A DNA stretch of 64,000 nucleotides from Bugula neritina. Lineage: Eukaryota; Animalia; Bryozoa. Every line of letters starts with the position of its first letter. Position 1 is the first letter of the stretch. The position numbers and the translations under genes were made by a program. Shown in pieces: positions 13,125 to 21,723 of the stretch. Under the pieces are notes generated by a model that had not been told where the DNA came from, ran no database searches, and saw only the letters and a program-made list of their open reading frames with translations. The stretch covers positions 15,504,998 to 15,568,997 of the forward strand of contig OZ037767.1 of NCBI GenBank assembly GCA_964035545.1. Direction: 5' to 3'.

Positions 13125-14624
13125 ATACTTATACTCGTACCGGTACTGATAGTGATAGTAATACTAATAGTAATAGTAATATAAATTTAAATAATATTTA
13201 CTCATTACTGGCAATCACAACGGCAATAGTAACTTAAACTGTAACAGTAATGGTATGGGTATGTTTGAAATTGTCACCATCAGTATTGCTATGAGTCAAA
13301 ATATAATGCTATCATACCAATAATTTAAAATAGTAGTATTACAAAGCTTCATTTGTAACTTTTACTTGTACCAATTTGGAATTTTGAGTTATACATATTC
13401 TTAGTAAAAGTCTTCAAATTTATTGTCAAAATGAACTTGAAATTAAACACTCAGTGGTAAAAATTAAACTAAGACTGACTGTAAGTGACTAAAATTAAAA
13501 ATAAGTAATTTTAAATATCGATTTAGTATTTTTCTTACTCTTTGTCTTAAAATTGATTTTTTTTTCTATTTCTATTACTATTGCTATTAGTATAGTTGAC
13601 TTAAATTTAATAATAGATATGATTATATCTTTATAAATGTGATCTTTGATTTTATGAATAGTAATTCGAAAACTCTTTGTTATTATTTATTTTTGATCAT
13701 TGTAGTTATTATCATTATATTTGTATAATAATTATGATTATCAACTTCAATATCGATATTTGTATCATGATATGGATATCTGCCTCCATCCCATGTTCCA
13801 TCCCATGTTCCATCCCATGTTCTATTTTGCAGTGCCTTTTTACATTCACGTCTAGGTTCACATTGCGATGGTCATACTGATAGCACTTGGGGATAGTGAG
13901 GAGCATAATGATTATCACTAATATTAAGATTATCGTTATTAGGATTTAGAATAATTTAATAAACAAGCAACTTAAAGCAAATGTTTTTACTAATACAAAT
14001 ATTAATTACTAATATAAATATAATACTATGAATATTATAATTATTATACTTTACAATTCAAAGTAAGATAATCATAATACGAACTGGTAAAACTAAATAT
14101 AAAGTAAACGTAATAATACTAATAGTAGTTATTCATTCTCCTTTGGTTTCACATACTAATAATTGGAAACCTCTGTCCTAATATTATTTCTATTATTATT
14201 GCTCAAAGTTTGATCCCCATTTAATTTTATAGTTCACTCACCAGCTACATAATTTTATTAAAATACATGTGGTATTAGTTATAGTAATAGTGAAACTTGA
14301 AGTTGAATAGCATGCTTATTACTCACTGCTTTTTGCTTACATTATTAGGGTTACTCTTTAGTCTTAGAGATACCCTAACATAAACTTGAAAGCTGGAGGT
14401 AGTACTAGTCTAGTGCTGTGTTAATTCTACACTGTTGACTTATCAACACTGTGACTATAATTATGACTCCTAAGTCAAAGTCATTTTCATAGAGTAGTAA
14501 TCACTATGACAGACTGAAAGTCAGGATGATTAAATATAATGATAAAGTGTGTAAGAATAAATCATAATTCTTCAATTATAAAGATAAATGGATAAAAATT
14601 GCAATCATAGTTTAATGTGCCTAT

Positions 14625-14976
14625 TGTAGTGAGTAGTGCAAGTACAAATACAGGAATCGCCCTCTCCCTACTCTTGGAATACTTAGACTCTTATGTAGCA
14701 ACCAATTAGCAGCTCCGGAAGATATGCTTCCGAGTCACGTGACACTTCCCGGGTTATTAGCATTATATCACGTTGTTGTAAGCGGAGGCTTGTAGTAGTA
14801 ACATGTGTTAGTAGTTGACTCTTGTATAGGATAATTTGATGTGATGTTTGGTTTATGCTTTATTGTGGATAATAAATATAATTACTCGACAGCTACCCTA
14901 GTAATTGATAACAGAATAACCAGCTAACTATACGCAAGTAAATAACTCACGCTCAGTAATTGCACAAATTACTACA
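14625..14976 (+). repeat. 5' LTR of element B
   Basis: TGTAGT...ACTACA; contains CCAAT, CCGGAAG, a GTCACGTGAC palindrome and AATAAA. Confidence 0.97.
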
Positions 14977-14977
14977 G

Positions 14978-14995
14978 TGGTGGCAGCGGTGGGAT
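14978..14995 (+). promoter_or_regulatory. Primer binding site, tRNA-Leu
   Basis: TGGTGGCAGCGGTGGGAT, identical to the PBS of elements A and C. Confidence 0.88.
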
Positions 14996-15011
14996 CTTGC
15001 GTATAGCAGTC

Positions 15012-15962
15012 ATGGCAGAAGACGGCACGGAGCTACCCATTCCACTGAATGAAGGTGAGAGAGATAATGTTGATATACCTGTGGAACCAGTGGTGTTAGA
15101 TGAAGAAGTGAGAATTCTTAGAGAGTATGGTGAAGACAGATACCGGATGAAGGCGCCCACCTTCGCAGGCGAAGAAGCAGTGGAGCAGTTTATCCAAATA
15201 TTCCAAGATGTGATGGAGATTTCAGAGTGGCCGCCAAGGGTGGCGCTGCTCAAGCTCAGGATGGCGCTGACGGGCAAAGCTAAGCCGTACGGAGCGGGAC
15301 CTGACATAAACGGAATCTTTGCTTCCCTGCGGGCCCGTTTTGGCATCTCTCCCATAGATGCGCGGGCCCGTCTACAGAGGATGCGGCGTGATCCTCACAC
15401 GTCACTAGAAGAGCACGCTGCCACGGTGTACCCACTAGCGCAGATTGCATTCCGCGATCTGCCTCCGGTACACCGTGAGAGGTATACTTATGATGCCTTC
15501 GTGCAGTCCATCAACGACTTGGGGCTCCACCATCAACTCCAAGCGAGGGGAGTCACCACGGTCGAAGATGCACTTGCGGTGGGAGAAGCCTACCTCTTGG
15601 CGACTCATATGCACCGCAACCGCGTGGCCTCCCGCCAGGTGACCACGGAGCACTCTACTGCTCACACCGAATTAGACGCGGAACCCTCCGCGGTGGCTAA
15701 TGTGAACCAGATGTCACTAGCGTCAAAAATCTCACAGATGACTGACATGCTAGATAAACTGGTCACCACATTAGCTTCCCCAAGCCAGGTAGATACTGCC
15801 CGTGAGCCTAGCGGGCCGCAGGTACAATCACCAGGCATGGGGCACCACTTCTGCTGGGAATGCGGAAGGCCAGGACATTTCCAGAGAAACTGCCCTCAAC
15901 TCCCACCAGGGTTAAACTACCCCGGCCCGCAGATGTTCCCACCTCCTGCGGGCCGTCTGTGA
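15012..15962 (+). CDS. gag: Element B Gag (capsid + CCHC), intact
   Basis: First ATG at 15012; clearly homologous to element A Gag; CWECGRPGHFQRNC knuckle. Confidence 0.93.
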   Translation: MAEDGTELPIPLNEGERDNVDIPVEPVVLDEEVRILREYGEDRYRMKAPTFAGEEAVEQFIQIFQDVMEISEWPPRVALLKLRMALTGKAKPYGAGPDINGIFASLRARFGISPIDARARLQRMRRDPHTSLEEHAATVYPLAQIAFRDLPPVHRERYTYDAFVQSINDLGLHHQLQARGVTTVEDALAVGEAYLLATHMHRNRVASRQVTTEHSTAHTELDAEPSAVANVNQMSLASKISQMTDMLDKLVTTLASPSQVDTAREPSGPQVQSPGMGHHFCWECGRPGHFQRNCPQLPPGLNYPGPQMFPPPAGRL

Positions 15963-15975
15963 ATCACCCAGGGAG
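15911..15975 (+). promoter_or_regulatory. Candidate -1 frameshift signal, element B
   Basis: GTTAAAC 15911-15917; stem 15923-15932/15946-15955; loop TTCCC able to pair with GGGAG 15971-15975. Confidence 0.75.
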
Positions 15976-18169
15976 GCCCGCGCGTCTGTCGCCCCGCTGG
16001 GCGCCGCGCGGAGATGCTGTGAAGTGGCGACCCCTGCGGCAAGTAGGCTCAAGCCACTCGCCGCCTGGGTCCTCTACGCCACTCCGGCACCAACACGGAG
16101 CCGGCAGACGGTTGACCACAGAGCCTGCGAGGGAAACGGTACAAGCGCCGCAAGGCGTACCGCCCCAACCTCGGCAGCTGGTCAATAGTCGCCGCCAACC
16201 GTGGACCCCTCGACCCACAGCGAGGGAGGTGCAACCACGGCACACTCAATTGCAGCCGCACGGAAGTAGCTACTTCCTGCCAGGGAAGTTAGCCGGCAAG
16301 CCTGCCAACTTCCTCCTGGACTCCGGCTGCACCACCAACCTCCTTAGCCGTCAGTTCTTTGACACCCTCAGCGCTAAGGTCAAGGACAGGTTGGCACCGT
16401 ACGAGGGGGATCATGGCACCTTGGCAGATGGGTCGTGCATTCCCTTCTACGGCATTATTGAGCTAACTGGTTACGTCCGTGACCAGGCCATCCAAGAGAC
16501 GTTTATCGTCGGGCAGCTCAACGAGGATGCTATCCTCGGGATGCCATTCTTACAACGACACGGTTGTCGCATCGATTTCAGTAAATCTGCGATAATCATG
16601 GGCGACAAGGAGCTCGCTTGTGTCGATAAGTTTGGTCGTCCTCTAGCGGGAGCAGTGCAGGTAGTACGGAGCTGTACTATACCAGGCCACTCCCGGGCTA
16701 CCGTCCGCTGCAAGGTAGACGGTGGCCAAACCTCTAAGTTGGGAGTTGTCGAAAGTACGCACTCGAGAGTCCAACTTGCCCGTAGTTTTAGCCGGCTCAC
16801 GGGGCAAGGAGAGATCTCAGTGCAGTGTGTCAACCCCTTCTCAGAGACAGTAGACCTACCACCCAGATCCATGCTGGGTCGCTTCCATCCTGTCCAGGAG
16901 GAAGCCATTGGGCCGTCGTCGGGAGCTACGACGGAAGGTCCTCAGCAGAGCCCGTCTCGAGGGCGGAGGACCGTCCCAACCCACGCCTCCCCTCCTCCAG
17001 GGACGCGTGGCTGCACAGGCAACGGGAAGCGCCAGGCTATGGCTAGGTTGCCACATGGGTACAGTGAGGCGTTCAGCCACACAGACCACGGAGCCCGCCT
17101 AAATAGAGCAGGCTGCCGTGAGGTACCACGGGCGGCGAGGACCGCCCCTGCTCAGCCACTTCAACAGAGGGCTGACACGCCCCCGGAGGCTGCCCAGAGC
17201 CTCCGCGCCAAACCTGTATGGGCTGGTAACGTTAGGGAGCTACCGAAGCTCCAGGAATGCCTTCCTGGGGTGGTAGCCGACGTGTACCGAGCGAAACAGG
17301 AGGGGCGACGACCCAGTAGTACACAACGGCGACAGGGATGCGCCGAGTTACGGCTGTACTGTCAACGTTGGAGCTCTCTGCGGGTCGGGCCAGATGGTCT
17401 GCTAACCATGACCTTGGCCGCCAACAACGGACAGCCAGCCAGGAAGAGGGTTGTCTGCCCAGTTGCCATCCGCCGGAAGTTGATACAAGACACCCACGAG
17501 GAGACTCACGGAGGAGTCCAAGGGGTGGTCACCAAGCTACAACTCCGGTGGTACTGGCCTAACATGGAACGGGATATCCGACGCAGAGTGAGACGGTGCA
17601 AAGTCTGCCAGACCAACAAGCATAGCCGTCTCCCTGGTGAAGCGGGGCGGCAGACGCATTGTGCGAGAAGGTCTCGGCAGGCGGAGACTGTCAACCTGGC
17701 CGGAAACACCTCCATGACACGTCAGGAAGACTTGGCGAGGCGAGAAAGGCCACTTCCGTCCTTGAAAGTGCGCCCACCGCCCCCAACGTCAAGCCTGCCA
17801 TCATCACCACTTCCGGAACCAGAAACAGGTCCGGAAGTGCAAAAACCCCCCGTGGGAGGGGCTCCGCAAGGAGATACCAACATAGGACCAGCACCACACA
17901 CTAGGCAACTTCCAGCGTGTCTCAGAGACTGTGTACGTGACCGCGGTATAAGCGGCAGTAACAAAAGTCTAGAGAGGCCTCGCATGGGAAAACAGGCAAA
18001 GAGCCGTGGGAGTTGTGATCACCACGAGAATCTCAACTTTTGCCTCGGCGGAATCTCACACGAGATTCATCCGCTGGAAGTGAAAAGCCCTAGTCACGTT
18101 TCACAACCACGCTGCCCGGTCTTTTCCTATGTTGATGCAGTCGAGAGTAGACGTGCCAGTAAACAGTAA
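15911..18169 (+). CDS. pol: Element B truncated Pol: protease + linker + integrase Zn-binding remnant + conserved tail
   Basis: LLDSGC protease intact; no YLDD; in-frame junctions near 17155 (RT/RH lost) and 17705 (IN core lost); uninterrupted ORF to 18169. Confidence 0.85.
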   Translation, partial: VKLPRPADVPTSCGPSVNHPGRPARLSPRWAPRGDAVKWRPLRQVGSSHSPPGSSTPLRHQHGAGRRLTTEPARETVQAPQGVPPQPRQLVNSRRQPWTPRPTAREVQPRHTQLQPHGSSYFLPGKLAGKPANFLLDSGCTTNLLSRQFFDTLSAKVKDRLAPYEGDHGTLADGSCIPFYGIIELTGYVRDQAIQETFIVGQLNEDAILGMPFLQRHGCRIDFSKSAIIMGDKELACVDKFGRPLAGAVQVVRSCTIPGHSRATVRCKVDGGQTSKLGVVESTHSRVQLARSFSRLTGQGEISVQCVNPFSETVDLPPRSMLGRFHPVQEEAIGPSSGATTEGPQQSPSRGRRTVPTHASPPPGTRGCTGNGKRQAMARLPHGYSEAFSHTDHGARLNRAGCREVPRAARTAPAQPLQQRADTPPEAAQSLRAKPVWAGNVRELPKLQECLPGVVADVYRAKQEGRRPSSTQRRQGCAELRLYCQRWSSLRVGPDGLLTMTLAANNGQPARKRVVCPVAIRRKLIQDTHEETHGGVQGVVTKLQLRWYWPNMERDIRRRVRRCKVCQTNKHSRLPGEAGRQTHCARRSRQAETVNLAGNTSMTRQEDLARRERPLPSLKVRPPPPTSSLPSSPLPEPETGPEVQKPPVGGAPQGDTNIGPAPHTRQLPACLRDCVRDRGISGSNKSLERPRMGKQAKSRGSCDHHENLNFCLGGISHEIHPLEVKSPSHVSQPRCPVFSYVDAVESRRASKQ

Positions 18170-18192
18170 TCAGTTACCACTCTCATTCCAAA

Positions 18193-19194
18193 ATGTCTTA
18201 CTATTCTGGATCGAAGGGTGAGTTAATTATGTTTTTGGTATGATAACTAGACTGCATCAGTCAGCTTAGCTACACTAGCTAGCTGGAGATTCGATAATGA
18301 TAAACAGTGGTGGGAATACACGTCGACTTTGATTTTAAATAATCTGTCATAGCGAGTGTGTTCTCCATCAACTATTCATTAGCCTGAATCTCACGAGTGT
18401 AACTGAACAGAGTACCGGTCAGGCTGTACACGCCGACGGTGCCTCAGTGTATAATCTTTAACACTGCTACTCTTTCAGATCACACTCGAGTGACCACCTC
18501 CCGGTCACGGGACCAGCCAACCTCTCTGTCTATGGAAGAAGAGCCTGTAATGGAGAATGGCATACCAGTAGTACTCCGCCGACGACACCGTTGGGTGTCA
18601 CCCACGACAGAAAGGAGAATTGAAGAAGCCTGGGGACCCAGTGGACCACACCGAACCTGCCAGGTCTGCTTTGAGGAGTGTCCGTCACACCGCTCCTTGC
18701 GTTTACATGTAGATGCCCATTTCCTACTCCACTTCTGTCCCTGCGGGTTCCACGACGTCTACCCGTATCCCGTGACAGTACATAAGCTAAGCTGCTTCGC
18801 CGGAGAGAACCACACTGTTGATGAAGACAGTTTCCCCCTATACCTGGATGCCATCAAACCAGTCATCAGGAAGGCTATTACCCTGGCCGCACTAACGTCA
18901 GGGTTTCACGTACTGTTACTATCTGCCCGCCATAAGTCTCCTATGGTTCAGGGCCCACCTCCTACCCCCGTCAACCCTAGCAACACCCCAGAAGTAGAAG
19001 AAACAACCATATCCCGTATAACGGAGACCCCTATAACCCCACCAAGGCCTAGCCAGCTGGCTAACGTAGAAGAGCGGCTTCTAAGACTGCAAGCCGAGTT
19101 CACACAACTTGCCCCTGACTTGCTGGATACGACGACAGGTCTATACCAGTTGAAGGACTCAGTGGGACGACTGAAGAGGCGGCTACGGGCCTGA
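18193..19194 (+). CDS. Element B ORF3: spliced zinc-finger/coiled-coil accessory protein (exons 18193-18217 + 18479-19194, ~246 aa)
   Basis: ATG TCT TAC TAT TCT GGA TCG AAG G|GTGAGT ... TTAAC ... CTCTTTCAG|AT CAC joins in frame. Contains CQVC-x12-H-x3-H, CPC-x12-H-x3-C and the VEERLLRLQAEFTQLAPDLL helix shared with element A. Confidence 0.8.
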
Positions 19195-19504
19195 CAGGCT
19201 CGACACAGAGCACGGTCGCTACAAGAAGCAGAGTCCAACCAATGAGAATGCCTGGGGTAGGCACCTTCGTTGAGCTATAGCTCGTTTGGAATGTGACGAG
19301 CGCTCCGACATTGGCCCGCGTGCTGGTAAGCACCCTCTCTCTTAATAGCTGACTAGATGTGTGTGATCGATCACCCTGTTGTCTTCTAATGTAAACGTTG
19401 TCGTGTTTAACTATTTCTTTTCTTACTCTTTGTGGGTTTACTTATGTATATTTTCCTTTTTGGATTATTGTATGGTTTTTCATTATGTTTTTTTATTGTG
19501 TTAT

Positions 19505-19536
19505 CAGAAAGTAGGGCTTTCTGCTGGGGGGGACGG
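19505..19536 (+). other. Hairpin + G-rich PPT, element B
   Basis: CAGAAAG-TAGGG-CTTTCTG-CTGGGGGGGACGG directly before the 3' LTR. Confidence 0.75.
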
Positions 19537-19888
19537 TGTAGTGAGTAGTGCAAGTACAAATACAGGAATCGCCCTCTCCCTACTCTTGGAATACTTAGAC
19601 TCTTATGTAGCAACCAATTAGCAGCTCCGGAAGATATGCTTCCGAGTCACGTGACACTTCCCGGGTTATTAGCATTATATCACGTTGTTGTAAGCGGAGG
19701 CTTGTAGTAGTAACATGTGTTAGTAGTTGACTCTTGTATAGGATAATTTGATGTGATGTTTGGTTTATGCTTTATTGTGGATAATAAATATAATTACTCG
19801 ACAGCTACCCTAGTAATTGATAACAGAATAACCAGCTAACTATACGCAAGTAAATAACTCACGCTCAGTAATTGCACAAATTACTACA
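19537..19888 (+). repeat. 3' LTR of element B
   Basis: Direct repeat of 14625-14976. Confidence 0.97.
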
Positions 19889-21404
19889 CTATTTTAAGCT
19901 ATCAATTTAATTACTATAATATAAGTGCCCAAAGTACAACTTTCATAATTATGTTTTAATTTAATACAGATACCATAGTATCATATACGGTAGAATCAGT
20001 TGTATCTTATTTAATAATAAAGTAACTTATTGCAGCTTTCACAGTTAATAATTATTCACTTGTTAGTCTTTGAACTAGGACAATGTTTGAAACTTGAAGT
20101 AGAATGAAGTTTGATTTCAGTTGCCGCAATGGTATCTGCAGTCACAATAGGGATATGCATATAACTATGTTTATACTTGTGAAAAATATATAGTCAAAAC
20201 TAGATAAGGTAATAGTAATTATAATTAGTTTCACTTTTAATATATTCCTTTAAACTGGAAAATAGACAGAAGCATTTAATCATGAAAGTAGTGGAAGTAA
20301 ATCAATTCACTAAGTATAGTAAAATATTTACTATTCAGTGAGTTTATTTACTTTAGTTAATTGTACTTGATTATTTCTGTTGGTTTTTCAGTTGGTTTTT
20401 CTGCCTTTTGCTATAGCATATCAAACTACCACAAAATCATGCTTCAATATTACAATGTTAAACATAGTGTTACTGTGTAATGTTATTGTAATGTGATAGT
20501 AATATTTGGATCATTGTAAGTATTTCTGTTGTTGTACTGATTGATAAATATTTTTTGGCTTGCATGGATATTTAAAACGATCAAGGTGTCATTTGAACCT
20601 GGACTGGAATAAAGATGGCAAATCGAGAAGCTAGCTACAATTCTTCTGCAGAAAGAAACTTGGTAAGCAAACATAAGCTGCAGCATTAAGCAGTAAGCAA
20701 TATGGCAATGAACTTTGCTTGATTTTGATTGACCTTAAAATGTCTGGTCACCTTTTACCGCCGTGGTCCTGCGCGGTTGGCGGTGACCTTAAAATGTCTG
20801 ATGCACGTAAAATAAATTTTGTGACGGTCAAAAGTATGCTGATCTTTTTTGTATTTCAATGCATCGGTGTCTTAGCTTAAGAGCTGAACCCAACAATTAT
20901 GATCTAAAGCTGTTTTTTACAAGAAAGTGATTTTACTGTCTTTCTGATTATTCTTGGTTTTTCAGCTTGATGATTTGAATAAATGGAATTGATTTTGGAT
21001 ATTATGTAATGGATGAAAGAAATTTTTCTTAAATTTGTACTGAGCAATTTTTGCTATTGCTATGATGTTTAGTGATAAAATTGCACCCTTAATAACCCTG
21101 AAAACTTTCATTACTAGCATTTGCTTATGTTCATTTTTAGGAAATTAAAATGAAGACACAACTCACCGATGCTATCTCACTGTGCCTGCATGCAGTTTAT
21201 CTAAAAAGGTACTCCTATTAGCTGGCTCTTGCCCAATACCTGGTTGTTTCTGTAACTATTTTTTACTCGCAGATGAGTTTTTTGAGCTTGACATTTTATT
21301 GATTTTGAAAGTTATAGTGAGCTTTGAACTTGCTAGCATCGTTTTTTAAAGACTTGCTGCAGTTTTTATCAACATTTTTTAAGTCAATGGTGTTGGTTTG
21401 GAAG

Positions 21405-21723
21405 CTCTCTCACTCCTCTCTCTGTCTCTTTCTCCCACACCTTCCACTCAACCTCTCTCTCTTTCTCTCCCTCTCTCCCACCCTCCCTCTCTCCCACCCT
21501 CCCTCTCTCCCACCCTCTGTCTCTCCCACCTTCTCCCTCTCTCTCCCACTCTCTGTCTCTCCCAGCTTCTCTCTCTCCTAACCTTTCTCTCCTCTCTTTT
21601 CCACTATCTCTGACTCTCTCCCTTTCTCTCTTTTACCCCATCTCTCTTCCATCCTCTCCTAACCTTTCTCTCCCGCCCCCTCTCTCTCTCTCCCACCCTC
21701 TCTCCCACTCTCTTTCTCTCTCT
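21405..21723. repeat. CT-rich polypyrimidine low-complexity tract
   Basis: Degenerate (CT)n and CTCTCCCACC units. Confidence 0.9.

Larger units (their letters stand above)
14625..19888 (+). mobile_element. Ty3/Gypsy LTR retrotransposon B, non-autonomous (no RT/RNase H/integrase core)
   Basis: 352-bp LTRs identical by eye, TSD CTAT (14621-14624, 19889-19892), tRNA-Leu PBS, gag, shortened pol, ORF3. Confidence 0.97.

Noticed and set aside
7522-17985. Many antisense and alternate-frame ORFs inside the Gypsy elements
   Set aside because: Expected shadows of GC-rich coding sequence; no independent motifs.
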